Source of the DNA: Patescibacteria group bacterium
GTDB lineage: Bacteria; Patescibacteriota; UBA1384; UBA12157; JAENIV01
Assembly: GCA_049515915.1 (NCBI GenBank)
Contig: JBEKTP010000006.1
Span: 4,865 to 68,864 of the forward strand
DNA length: 64,000 nucleotides
Direction of reading: 5' to 3'
In this document: piece after piece, positions 47,783 through 57,449 of the stretch
Layout of the letters: each line of letters starts with the position of its first letter
Numbering within the stretch: the first letter of the stretch is position 1
Translations under genes and position numbers: made by a program
The notes under the pieces: model-generated
Told to the model about the DNA's origin: nothing
Databases searched by the model: none
Seen by the model: only the letters and a program-made list of their open reading frames with translations

Positions 47783-47865
47783 TTTACTCTTCTTGACCTG
47801 ACGCGACGCTAAAGACCGTCTGCCTTTTGATTTTTAAATATAGTAAAATGAAAGTGGGAGGATGA

Positions 47866-48174
47866 GTGAATTTATCAATGTTTATTGGTCTTATTTTGCT
47901 ACTTTTGGGCGTGGCCGGTGTTTGGGCTTCAAGAATTAAATTTCCTCATGCGCCGCAATACTTTCCCTCAGGAACAGTTTTAAAATACGAACGCACCGGT
48001 TACTTTCTTGGCCTCCTCGGCGTTTTTTTAATTGGCTGGGGAATTTTTTCCAACATTTCCAATTTTACTTTAAGAACGATTCTAAAAATATTGCTTGTCA
48101 TTATTGTTCTCTGGATAGGCTATCAGTTTTACCACACAAACGTTTGGGACTGGCACCGATTTGTAAAATTCTAA
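47866..48174 (+). CDS. Hypothetical membrane protein
   Basis: Three hydrophobic helices, GGAGG RBS. Confidence 0.65.
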   Translation: MNLSMFIGLILLLLGVAGVWASRIKFPHAPQYFPSGTVLKYERTGYFLGLLGVFLIGWGIFSNISNFTLRTILKILLVIIVLWIGYQFYHTNVWDWHRFVKF

Positions 48175-48185
48175 AAAGGAGAAAA

Positions 48186-48671
48186 ATGATTCAGGAAATT
48201 AAAAACCGCCGCAGTATTCGCCAATTCAAAAATGAGCCGGTTCCGGACGAAACAATCAAAGAAATTATTAAAGCCGCCCATTTTGCGCCGTCAGGCCGAG
48301 GCATTCGAGCCTGGGAATTTTTCGTGATTAAAGACAACCTCACTAAAAAGAAAATTGCCGAAATTGGCCAGCAAGAATTTTTAGCTCGGGCCCCCGTTTT
48401 AATTTTGCCGGTCGTCGACAAGACAAAAACTAATTTAGCCGTTCAAGATCTCGCCTTGGCTTCCGGCTATCTTTTTTTGGCCGCTCAAGAGCAGGGTTTG
48501 GGGACTGTTTGGAAAAATCTAAACTCCGAGCAGGCTAAGATGATTAAAAAACTTTTAGAAATTCCGGAAAATTTCTTAGCGATCAATATTATTCCGGTCG
48601 GCCGACCGGCCAAGAAGATACCGCCGCATCAAGATAAAGATTTTGATGAAAAAATAATTCATTTTCGATAA
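48186..48671 (+). CDS. Nitroreductase family protein
   Basis: RRSIRQF, APSG, GLGTVW. Confidence 0.9.
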   Translation: MIQEIKNRRSIRQFKNEPVPDETIKEIIKAAHFAPSGRGIRAWEFFVIKDNLTKKKIAEIGQQEFLARAPVLILPVVDKTKTNLAVQDLALASGYLFLAAQEQGLGTVWKNLNSEQAKMIKKLLEIPENFLAINIIPVGRPAKKIPPHQDKDFDEKIIHFR

Positions 48672-48790
48672 TTGTACTTTGTAGTTGACTATGATATTTT
48701 TGAAAAGTTCATGGCTTTTTAAAGATTTTGATTTTAATATCAGCTTTATTTTATGATGGATTTTCTTATGGCTAAGAAATTGGAGGATTA

Positions 48791-49282
48791 ATGGAAGAAA
48801 ATATTTCCGTCCCGCGCCGAATCGAGCAGATTGAAACTTTTGAAAAAGAAAATAAAGAAGCTCGGTTAATGCTTAAAGAATCATTGGAAAACGACCCCGC
48901 TTATTTAGAATCAGTTGAAGAGGTTCGTTCGGCCACAGCCGAACGCCAGAAAATTAAAACGGAAATATTAAATAAAACGGAAAACCAAAAAATTCAAGCG
49001 GAAATAAAAGAAAATAAAGTGGAGCTTGAAACTTTGCGGGAAATTTTATCGACCGAATTAATCAAAATTTATCAAGAAAAACAAACTGATGAAGTTGTCG
49101 ATCAATACGGCGAGTCTCGCAAGTTTAAAATTATCGTTAAATTACTCCCTAGAAAAAAGAGATACGACGAAAGAGACGAGGAGGGAAAATTTTCGAAATC
49201 CGAGGGAGAAATGATTCCCGAAGGAACAGTGATGCGCGAACTGCCTGAAATAAATGCTGATTTGAAAAATGAAAAAGAATAA
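48791..49282 (+). CDS. Coiled-coil hypothetical protein
   Basis: GGAGG RBS, Glu/Lys-rich helical ORF. Confidence 0.7.
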   Translation: MEENISVPRRIEQIETFEKENKEARLMLKESLENDPAYLESVEEVRSATAERQKIKTEILNKTENQKIQAEIKENKVELETLREILSTELIKIYQEKQTDEVVDQYGESRKFKIIVKLLPRKKRYDERDEEGKFSKSEGEMIPEGTVMRELPEINADLKNEKE

Positions 49283-50000
49283 TTTTTGGTTTGAAAAAAT
49301 TCCCAAACCGATTATTGGACTGGCACCAATGCATGGTTTCACCAAAAGCGATTTTCGATTAAAATGCCGCTGGTTTGGGGCCGACGTGGTTTATTCGGAA
49401 ATGATTGCCGCCGAAGCGGTCATTCGGCGCGTTGATAAAGCGTTTGAAATGATCAAATTTAACAAGGCTGAGCGACCGATTGTTATCCAGATTTTTGGTT
49501 CGAATCCCAAAACGATGGCTAAAGCGGTAACAATTATTGAAAAAGAATTTTCGCCCGACGGGATTGATATCAACTTTGGCTGTCCGGTCCAAAAGGCAGC
49601 TAAACAAAACTTTGGCGCCGTGCAGTTGAGCAATCCAGATAGCGCCGTCAAGATTACTAAAGCGATAAAAAATGCGCTCGATCACACTCCTATTTCGGCG
49701 AAGATGCGATTACCGAATACTGATATCAAAAGCGCCATTAATTTTGTCAGCGCCATCAAAAACGCTGGTATCAAACTCATCGCCGTTCATGGCCGCACCG
49801 CCACCCAAAAATATCGAGGGCAAGCCGATTGGCAACCGATTTATGAAATCAAAAAGAAATTTCCAGATCTTTATGTTTTAGGCAACGGTGATATTAAATC
49901 CAAAAAAGATTTTGATAATAAAGTCGGTAATCTCGATGGCGTTCTCATCGGCCGTGCCGCCAAAAATAATCCGGAGATATTTTTAGAACTCAACAAGTAG
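49269..50000 (+). CDS. tRNA-dihydrouridine synthase (short form)
   Basis: LAPM, QIFG, IDINFGCP, VHGRT, GNGDI, IGR. Confidence 0.92.
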   Translation: MKKNNFWFEKIPKPIIGLAPMHGFTKSDFRLKCRWFGADVVYSEMIAAEAVIRRVDKAFEMIKFNKAERPIVIQIFGSNPKTMAKAVTIIEKEFSPDGIDINFGCPVQKAAKQNFGAVQLSNPDSAVKITKAIKNALDHTPISAKMRLPNTDIKSAINFVSAIKNAGIKLIAVHGRTATQKYRGQADWQPIYEIKKKFPDLYVLGNGDIKSKKDFDNKVGNLDGVLIGRAAKNNPEIFLELNK

Positions 50001-50036
50001 AAACTCAATCTTGGCATTGATTGAATCAACAAAGTC

Positions 50037-51107
50037 CTAATTATATTCGACAATTAATCGATTATATTGATCGACTTGATTATTATAGGCCGAAATCTCG
50101 CTTTGAACTTTGGCCAATAAACTATTGTAAGCCGGAACGTTGGCGTTATAAGTCGCGATATCACCGATGGACTTATAACCATCAAGTGCCGTACCGAGAT
50201 TTTTAAGATTTGCCTCATCAGTATTAATTTGGGTATTTTCTTGGTTTAAACTCTGTTTTAAAGCCGTAATTTGATTGGATAACTCAATGGTCGCGACAAT
50301 CCCGCCGTAAGTTATACCATTAGTCTTAGCGATAATCTGTGGGTTGGAAAGTTCTTGGCCCGAAGCGACACTTTGATTTGTATTATAAGCAGGTAAAGCT
50401 TCCAGGGCACTCGCCTGGGAATTGTCTTTTAGCTCGGGGATTAAGCCAATTTTATTACCCGAAGTTGTTGTCTCGGCAAAACAATAGCCCGAATTATAAG
50501 AAGAATATTGAGCCGAGCACTCGACCCCCACTGCCATATGCTCATCTTGCGGAAAAAGAAAAACCGCCGTGCCAAAACCTTCTTGGCGGATTAAAGCGTC
50601 ATAGAGCAGGCTTTTATCGCTACAAATCCCCAAGTCTTCATAAAGCGTTTCGTAGGGATATCTTGGATGGGTCAAATCGGTTTGGGCCCGCGTCACATCA
50701 TAAGGAATAGCTTGGACAAAAGTTAGAGTCATTTCCGCCATCTGATCTTGGGTAAGGTTTTTCGCTCTTCCTAAAACTTCAAGATTAGTCGCCACTTGGC
50801 TGATGGTCTGATCCTTTTTGGGAAAGTTCAGATATTTATCAATTGAACTTTCTTCTTGACCGGTTAAAATCCCTTTTTCTTGATGGGCATAATATTGGTC
50901 AATGCTAAGATAAAGAGTTTCATCAAATGTATAATTTTGATGTTGATATTCCCACTGATAAGTCATTTCTTTGGGACCTTGCGGCGTGGGAAATCGACCC
51001 TGCCATACCAAATAAAATTCAAGAGCACTTAAAATAAAACCGATGAGTAAAACGGTTTTTAAAAGGCTCCAAAAATAGTTCTTGGGTGATTTTAAATTTT
51101 TTTCCAT
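50037..51107 (-). CDS. Membrane-anchored transglutaminase-like protein with C-terminal coiled coil
   Basis: FVQAIPY, PYETLY..GICSDKS, HMAVG, ETT. Confidence 0.75.
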   Translation of the reverse strand: MEKNLKSPKNYFWSLLKTVLLIGFILSALEFYLVWQGRFPTPQGPKEMTYQWEYQHQNYTFDETLYLSIDQYYAHQEKGILTGQEESSIDKYLNFPKKDQTISQVATNLEVLGRAKNLTQDQMAEMTLTFVQAIPYDVTRAQTDLTHPRYPYETLYEDLGICSDKSLLYDALIRQEGFGTAVFLFPQDEHMAVGVECSAQYSSYNSGYCFAETTTSGNKIGLIPELKDNSQASALEALPAYNTNQSVASGQELSNPQIIAKTNGITYGGIVATIELSNQITALKQSLNQENTQINTDEANLKNLGTALDGYKSIGDIATYNANVPAYNSLLAKVQSEISAYNNQVDQYNRLIVEYN

Positions 51108-51108
51108 T

Positions 51109-51372
51109 TTAAGCTCGGAAGTCCGATCCCGCTTTAAAATGTGGCAAAAATTTTTCAGGAATTTCGTGAGCTCTTTGAGTTTTGGGATTAATAAATGTTT
51201 TGGCTTTTCGTTTTGAAAGCAAAAATGTCCCAAAGCCCGAGATGGTCACTTTTTCGCCGCGGAGCAACCCTTCTTTAATTGTTTCAACGAAAGCATCAAT
51301 GATACGAATGGCCTCGTCTTCCGAAATGCCCGTATTTTTAGAAATGACTGCCACTAGCTCTGGTTTTTCCAT
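51109..51372 (-). CDS. hup: HU family DNA-binding protein
   Basis: GFGTF, NPKT, PHFKAG. Confidence 0.9.
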   Translation of the reverse strand: MEKPELVAVISKNTGISEDEAIRIIDAFVETIKEGLLRGEKVTISGFGTFLLSKRKAKTFINPKTQRAHEIPEKFLPHFKAGSDFRA

Positions 51373-51389
51373 TTTTCCTCCTTAAAAAC

Positions 51390-52880
51390 CTATTTGGCAA
51401 ATTCAATCGCCCTGGTTTCGCGAATAACATTAACTTTAATCATCCCCGGATATTGCAGATCGTCTTCAATTTTTTTGGCGATATTTTTCGAAAGTTTAAT
51501 CGCTTCCAAATCATCGATGGCCTCCGGTTTTACCAGAATTCGCACTTCTCGGCCGGCTTGGATGGCGTAAGATTTTTCCACACCCGGAAAAGCATTAGCA
51601 ATATTTTCCAATTCCTCCAAACGCTTGACGTAGTTTTCCAAAGTTTCACGGCGGGCGCCAGGCCGCGAGGAAGAAATGGCATCAGCCGCTTTAACAATGA
51701 TCGCTTCTACCGATTTGGCCTCAATATCGTCGTGATGAGCCATAATCGCGTGAACAATATCTTCCGAAAGACCGTATTTTTTAGCAATGTCGCCGCTGAT
51801 GTGATGATGGGGACCGGGAATATCGTGATCAACCGCTTTGCCGATATCGTGCAAAAGAGCGGCCTTTTTGGCCAAATTCACGTCCGCGCCCAGTTCCGAA
51901 GCGAGCATCCCCGCAATATAAGCCGATTCAATCGAATGCTGCAAAACATTTTGGCCGTAGGAAGTTCGAAATTTCAACCGTCCTAAAATTTTCAATAAAT
52001 CGGGATGCAAACCCGCGACGCCGACTTCGTAAGCGGCTTGCTCGCCGGCTTCCTTGACTTGCTGACCAATTTCTTCTTTGGCTTTTTTGACCACTTCCTC
52101 AATGCGCGTCGGATGAATTCGGCCATCGGCAATCAGTTTTTCCAGAGCAACCTTAGCAATATTTCGCCGGATAGGATCAAAGGCAGAAATAACCACCGTG
52201 TCGGGCGTGTCATCGATAATTAAATCAGTGCCCGTTTCCTTTTCAAAAATTTGGATATTGCGACCTTCGCGCCCGATAATTCGTCCCTTCATTTCATCGG
52301 ACGGCAAACTGACCGCCGTCGTCGTCGTCTCGACCGTATGCTCGGAAGCTAACCGCTGAATCACCGACGAAAGAATCTCACGGGCCATTAATTGAGCTTC
52401 TTCTTTGGCGATCTCTTTCTGCTCTTTGATTTTCTTAATCAAATCGTCTTTATATTCTTTCTCGACTTGCCGCAGCAATAGATCCAATGCCTCTTCCCTT
52501 TTTAATTTGCTAATTTTTTCAAGGGCTTCTTCGTGTTTTTCTCTAACAGCCGTAATTTCAGTTTTAATCACCTCGATTTCTTTTTCTTTTTCGAGAACTT
52601 TGTTTCGTTCGACATCGACTGATTCCGACCGATTATCAAGTGACTCCTCGCGCCGGCGAAGATTTTTTTCGAGCTCTTGGAGATCTTTTTTTAAATCTTC
52701 TTCTTCTTTTTTCGCTTGTTCTTTAATCTTTAAAGCTTCGTCTTTAGCTTCAAGTAAAATTTCTTTTTGTTTTTGGAAAACTTGATCTTTTTGTCTTTTG
52801 GCGATATAGATTCGTCCCATATAACCAACCGCCCCACCGCCCACGGCCGTGGCTATTAAATACAATATTAAATTGACCAT
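51390..52880 (-). CDS. rny: Ribonuclease Y
   Basis: TM plus coiled coil, [13 protein letters not shown] domain, LLHDIGK HD domain, AIQAGRE. Confidence 0.97.
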   Translation of the reverse strand: MVNLILYLIATAVGGGAVGYMGRIYIAKRQKDQVFQKQKEILLEAKDEALKIKEQAKKEEEDLKKDLQELEKNLRRREESLDNRSESVDVERNKVLEKEKEIEVIKTEITAVREKHEEALEKISKLKREEALDLLLRQVEKEYKDDLIKKIKEQKEIAKEEAQLMAREILSSVIQRLASEHTVETTTTAVSLPSDEMKGRIIGREGRNIQIFEKETGTDLIIDDTPDTVVISAFDPIRRNIAKVALEKLIADGRIHPTRIEEVVKKAKEEIGQQVKEAGEQAAYEVGVAGLHPDLLKILGRLKFRTSYGQNVLQHSIESAYIAGMLASELGADVNLAKKAALLHDIGKAVDHDIPGPHHHISGDIAKKYGLSEDIVHAIMAHHDDIEAKSVEAIIVKAADAISSSRPGARRETLENYVKRLEELENIANAFPGVEKSYAIQAGREVRILVKPEAIDDLEAIKLSKNIAKKIEDDLQYPGMIKVNVIRETRAIEFAK

Positions 52881-52979
52881 TGCCTGCTCCGATCATTGAA
52901 CCTTCCTTTTAAGATAGAAAAACCAGTCTAATTATATAACATCTAGGTGGGAATGTCAAAAAATGTGAGTTCATGATTT

Positions 52980-54039
52980 CTACTCTCTTAGCCAAAACCA
53001 ATATTGATTTTCTAACTCTTGGTGAAGTTCATAAGTATTAGCGTGAGACAAAACGCCAAGATATGAATTTAAGGACTGTTTTATTGTCTCTTCGCTAATT
53101 AATCCTGTTTTATATTCCTTTACTCCTAGCTTTAACTTCTGGAAAATTCTTCTTTTTGTCTTAGTCCTTAAAAGCCGATGCTTTGGAAAGACGACAAAGC
53201 CCAAAAAATCAATTCCCTGACGAAATTTTCTAATCAAGATTTTGTTCGGATGAATTTCTAATTTGAGTTTTGTGGTTAAAAAAGCTTTTATTTTAGGGAT
53301 TAAATTCAACAAACATCTTTCGTTATCTGACACAATCACAAAATCGTCGGTATATCGAACGTAATACTTTACTTTTAAGCTGTGTTTTATAAAATAATCA
53401 AATTCATTAAGATAAATATTGGCAAAAAGCTGGCTGGTTAAGTTGCCGATGGGTATTCCCCGGCCGAAGGCCGTCTCTCTCTCTCTCTCTCGATTCGAAC
53501 GGGAAACTTTCAATAATTTCTCTTAGAAGCCAAATAGTGTTATCATCTTTAATTTTTTTGGTGATAATCGAAAGTAAAATTTTATGATCAGTTGAATCAA
53601 AAAATTTCTTAATGTCACATTTTAAAACGAAACAAGATTTTTGGCTATTTTTGCTGACTTTATTTAATGCATAAGCTAAATAATTTACCCCTTTATGAGT
53701 TCCTTTCTTAACCCGACAGGAAAAGGAGTGGGCGATAAACGTAGGCTCAAAAAGCGGATTTAGAACCCGAAAAACCGCATGGTGTAAAATCCGGTCTCGA
53801 ACAGCTGCCTTATGAATTTTTCGCTGTTTAGGATCGCAAATGGTAAATGAGGTATAGACACCATGTTTATATCTGTGATACTTTAAGTCGCGGTGAAGCT
53901 TTAAGATATTTGATTCTAAATTCCACTCGAATTCCAAAACATCTTTTTTCTTGAGCTTGTCTACCTTAAACTCTTCCCAAGCAAGAAAAAGATTTTCAAG
54001 TGAAATAATTTCGTCAAAAATATCAGTATAAAATTTCAT
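52980..54039 (-). CDS. DGR reverse transcriptase split into two ORFs (53407-54039 and 52980-53513) by a frameshift at a (GA)9 tract
   Basis: 5' half DPKQRKI, RDRILHHA, SCRVKKGTH, CDIKKFF; 3' half GIPIGNLTSQLFANIYLNEFD, YVRYTDDF, GIDFLG; no other lesions seen. Confidence 0.92.
53474..53491. repeat. (TC)9/(GA)9 dinucleotide microsatellite at the RT frameshift
   Basis: ccg-TCTCTCTCTCTCTCTCTC-gattcg on the + strand. Confidence 0.95.
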
Positions 54040-54053
54040 CGAAAGTAAAACCG

Positions 54054-54401
54054 ATGCAAGAATTCGATATTCCCATCTTTAAGAAAACTTATGAACTTTA
54101 CAAAAATTTTCATTTCGTTAGAAACACAGCGCCCAAACAAGAACGCTACACTATTTTTCTAAAATGTGAAAATATTATCCTTGAAATTATCGAAGGGATT
54201 TTAGAAGCGAGCGAGCTTTACAAAAATGAAAAAATGCCAGTTTTGAGAAAAACCAGCCGGAAACTGAATTTACTGAGAGTTTTCGTGCGTTTAATGAAAG
54301 ATACGGAATCGATTAAATTGAAAGACTACACCGTAATGGAAGAAGAGATTGACGAAATTGGCCGCATGCTCGGCGGCTGGATCAAGTCTACTAAGGAATA
54401 A
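54054..54401 (+). CDS. avd: DGR accessory variability determinant (Avd-like four-helix bundle)
   Basis: IPIFKKTYEL, PKQERYT, LRVFVRL, EIGRMLGGWIK; adjacent to a DGR RT. Confidence 0.88.
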   Translation: MQEFDIPIFKKTYELYKNFHFVRNTAPKQERYTIFLKCENIILEIIEGILEASELYKNEKMPVLRKTSRKLNLLRVFVRLMKDTESIKLKDYTVMEEEIDEIGRMLGGWIKSTKE

Positions 54402-54438
54402 AAGAAAAACGCCTACTTTCGCAAGCGTCTTTCTTTTA
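54399..54438 (-). other. 18-bp hairpin with GAAA loop and three G-U pairs on the minus strand, between target gene and avd
   Basis: TAAAAGAAAGACGCTTGC-GAAA-GTAGGCGTTTTTCTTTTA. Confidence 0.75.
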
Positions 54439-55363
54439 CAAGGAGAGACTTCGGGAGGAAGCCAGATGCAGAGCCATAGCACCCGCTGGCATCGTCAATC
54501 CAGCGGGAGCCGAACCAGACCTCATCGTCGCGGAAGCGGAAGCACGGCGCGCCGTCGAACTGGCCACCGGCTCCCGAACTGAATTCGTCTCCGGCACAAT
54601 CGATCCAGAGGTCGTCATAGCGCTGAAGGCGTACCGGATTGGTCAGGATCATGACCCCAACCACGAAGGCTCCTAGACCAAATTCGCCCGTCGTGCATTC
54701 AATGACGACACGAGCTCGGCGAACGCTGCGGCCCCGATGGCGAATGCCGAACTGGGCCGGGACGACCAGAATGTCGGGGTTGCCCTGAACTTCGGCAAGT
54801 TCCTTCCAGAACTTCTTGGAACGAGCCGACTGGCGCAGGTGCTTTTCGTCAATCTGGCCCTCACGGTAGTTATAGAACCTACCGTCGCGAGCCTTCTTGA
54901 TTGCGTTGAGCACGGTCTGCACCGCCTGGCTGTAGGTCGAGCCGAAGGTCCCAGGATTCTTCATCCAGTTGGGGATGGCAAACCATCCCTCGGCACCCAC
55001 AGGCAGTTCGACCTCACCCTTCTCGATCTGCTGGAGCAGATCATGATTGGCGTAGCCGACGCCCGGGAACACTGCGCGGAGCTGGTTGCACTGTTCAGTG
55101 AGCCCGGCCGGCTTGCTGTAGCCGGAGAGGTAGCCGTACTTTGACGGCACTTCCTCGTCGCTGAATTCGTTTCTGACGCGATGCTCAGCGATGAAGTTAC
55201 CGATCAAGTCGGCAAGGCCCGGCGTCTCGTTGACGCGCTGGGCCTCGTCTTCGGAGAGTGCCGCATTGTTGTATGCGGCTTCGACCACCGAGATGAACTT
55301 GAGACCCTTGGGGTCTCGGGTGGTAACAGACGGAGCCAATGCTTTCCTAGACATCGGAGCCAT
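54413..55363 (-). CDS. DGR target (variable) protein
   Basis: GAGGAGG RBS; C-terminal LWIDCAGDEF..APCFRFRDDEVWFGSRWIDDASGCYGSASGFLP. Confidence 0.85.
   Translation of the reverse strand: MAPMSRKALAPSVTTRDPKGLKFISVVEAAYNNAALSEDEAQRVNETPGLADLIGNFIAEHRVRNEFSDEEVPSKYGYLSGYSKPAGLTEQCNQLRAVFPGVGYANHDLLQQIEKGEVELPVGAEGWFAIPNWMKNPGTFGSTYSQAVQTVLNAIKKARDGRFYNYREGQIDEKHLRQSARSKKFWKELAEVQGNPDILVVPAQFGIRHRGRSVRRARVVIECTTGEFGLGAFVVGVMILTNPVRLQRYDDLWIDCAGDEFSSGAGGQFDGAPCFRFRDDEVWFGSRWIDDASGCYGSASGFLPKSLLVKERRLRK
54452..54586 (-). repeat. DGR variable region (VR), approximate limits
   Basis: NNC codons (GAC GGC, TGC, CGC, CGC GAC, GGC TCC CGC, AGC, TGC) between invariant GCG CCG, TTC and TGG, as expected from mutated AAC templates. 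Confidence 0.65.
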
Positions 55364-55514
55364 CCTCCTCGGATGTGATATGGCTATCTCCCTAATGGGA
55401 TAAGCACTCTATAAACCACCATTTTTACCTGATAAATGATTTACAAAGCGCTTACCCCATGTATGTTTTAAGGTTCAAAGTAACAACATATAATAACATG
55501 AATCAGATTAAAAA

Positions 55515-56258
55515 TCAAGTCTTTCGGCCGGAAATTATCATCGCTTTGCGGCCGGAATCGATATTATCTTGGCGGCCGGCCCAATCGTGAATGGCGTTAT
55601 ACAAAATGGTCGCATTGAACTGATAATGATCGCCGTGTTTGGTGCCCACATCTTGGACGATAAAATTATTTTGGTTATAGCCGATGATTAAAAGCATGTG
55701 ATAAACCGGCCCGGGCGCCGTGTAATAAGGGTTGCCCAATAACTGCCCCGCCGCCGGCACAATCACCGGATGATTTTGGGCAATTTCGCGTTTGATGCTT
55801 TCGATACTGACGTTATAATTGACAGTCAAGTCATTAATTTGATAATAATCTTTGGCGACCAAAACCAGTTGGGCTGAGGTCAAATCTTGAGGATAACCGT
55901 TGGCATTTTCCCACGCGACAATGGCTTGAATTTGGTTTTCCATTGTTTGGGCCGAAAGACTGGCGCCCGTTTGCCAATATTTAAATAGAATCAAAGTCGC
56001 TTCTTCACAAGCCTCTTCGTGGAGGGTGTCCCAATTGCCGAGTGGTGCTTGAGTTTGAAAAGGAAAACCTGAAATTAAATAAGAACTGGGAAGAGAAGAA
56101 GATGTTGATTGCTCCGGCGTCGGCGTGGGTGAAGAAAGTAATACTGGACTGGGCGAAGCCGCAAAATTTGAATTTGAATGCCCATACTTATAATTGATTA
56201 CCAAACCAACGGCCAAAATAACGACTAGAGCTAAAAATAAAAAAATGACTTTTTTCAC
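55515..56258 (-). CDS. Secreted peptidase C39-like family protein
   Basis: PFQTQAP, EACEEA, PVIVP, YHMLLIIGY, VQD. Confidence 0.82.
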   Translation of the reverse strand: MKKVIFLFLALVVILAVGLVINYKYGHSNSNFAASPSPVLLSSPTPTPEQSTSSSLPSSYLISGFPFQTQAPLGNWDTLHEEACEEATLILFKYWQTGASLSAQTMENQIQAIVAWENANGYPQDLTSAQLVLVAKDYYQINDLTVNYNVSIESIKREIAQNHPVIVPAAGQLLGNPYYTAPGPVYHMLLIIGYNQNNFIVQDVGTKHGDHYQFNATILYNAIHDWAGRQDNIDSGRKAMIISGRKT

Positions 56259-56344
56259 TCATATATTTTAGCATTTTTCTTTATTCTTTTAAAAGGACTT
56301 TGACGTTTTTTGAATATTAAAACTAAAAGATTTAAAATAAAAAC

Positions 56345-57385
56345 ATGGGGATAACGTTTTTGATTATTTTATTTTTAATTTCATCCGCCGTGATTTGGTA
56401 CGCCGGTGTTTATTTGGCTAAAGCAACCGATACAATTGATACCCGATTTAATTTAGGCGACGCGTTAGGCGGCTTAATTTTACTGGGTATTGCCGGCAGT
56501 CTGCCTGAAATTGCCGTTGTCGTAAGCGCCGCTTTAAAAGGAAATTATGACGTTATCATTGGCAATTTAATCGGCGGCATTTCGATCCAAACGCTGGTGA
56601 TCATTATTTTTGACGCCATTGTCAAAGGCAAAAAACCCCTCTCGTACTTAGCCGGTTCAGCCATGCTGGCTTTAGAAGGACTTTTTGCCATTGTCATTAT
56701 TGCCATGACGATCGTGGGCGCCAAACTGCCAGCCAATGTTCATTTCGCCGGCATTAGCCCGATTTCAATTCTAATCGTTTTGGCCTGGATTTTAGGTTTA
56801 TTTTTAATCGATAAAGTCAGACAAATAAAAGCTTTTAATACAGTTTTGCCGGACGCAGATCCCGGCCGTCGGCATAAAGAGCGACGAGCGGTTGAAAATC
56901 ACGTTTTTTTCAAAGGCCGCTCAAATTCCTTCGTTTTTTTAATTTTTGGCTTGGGTGCTTTGGCCACTTTGATCGCGGGGGTAGTGCTTGAGAGAACCGG
57001 CAATTCCATTGCTACCACCTTCGGCATTTCCTCCGGCATCTTTGCCGCCACCTTCATGGGGCTGGCCACGTCCCTTCCAGAAATCAGCACGGGCGTGGAA
57101 TCCATCCTTATCGGCGATAATCAACTTTCCATCAGCGATATTTTTGGCGGCAATGCTTTTATGCCGGTCATTTTTATTTTAGCCGATATTTTATCCAAAA
57201 AACCAGTCATGACTTTCTCGACCGGACAGGATATCGGTTTTGCCATTTTGGGTATTCTTTTAACGGCTATTTACTCAATCGCCTACATTTTTAAACCGCA
57301 ACGAAGATTTTTGCGTTTGGGAATAGATTCAATTTTAGTTCTAATCTTTTATATTCTTGGACTGGCTTTAATTTTTACCCACTAA
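56345..57385 (+). CDS. Sodium:calcium (cation) antiporter
   Basis: Alpha repeats GSLPE and ATSLPE, GNLIG, DIFGGN. Confidence 0.88.
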   Translation: MGITFLIILFLISSAVIWYAGVYLAKATDTIDTRFNLGDALGGLILLGIAGSLPEIAVVVSAALKGNYDVIIGNLIGGISIQTLVIIIFDAIVKGKKPLSYLAGSAMLALEGLFAIVIIAMTIVGAKLPANVHFAGISPISILIVLAWILGLFLIDKVRQIKAFNTVLPDADPGRRHKERRAVENHVFFKGRSNSFVFLIFGLGALATLIAGVVLERTGNSIATTFGISSGIFAATFMGLATSLPEISTGVESILIGDNQLSISDIFGGNAFMPVIFILADILSKKPVMTFSTGQDIGFAILGILLTAIYSIAYIFKPQRRFLRLGIDSILVLIFYILGLALIFTH

Positions 57386-57449
57386 CTCTTGATATTTGGC
57401 GAAACTAAAATATAATTTAGTTAAACATTTAACTATAAAGAGGATACAG

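Larger units (their letters stand above)
52980..55363. mobile_element. Diversity-generating retroelement (target gene, inverted avd, RT); no template repeat found
   Basis: DGR-type RT next to an Avd-like gene and a GC-rich gene with an NNC-codon-rich 3' end. Confidence 0.88.

Noticed and set aside
52980-54039. RT as a group II intron or retron
   Set aside because: Short RT with the PIGNLTSQ motif, no flanking intron domains or msr/msd, and adjacent avd and target genes.
54054-54401. Template repeat hidden on the antisense strand of avd
   Set aside because: The reverse complement has no AAC-rich similarity to the VR.
52895-55479. TTGAACCTT in inverted orientation on both sides of the DGR as terminal repeats
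   Set aside because: Only 9 bp, no target duplication or transposase, and similar GAACCTT words occur in other intergenic regions.
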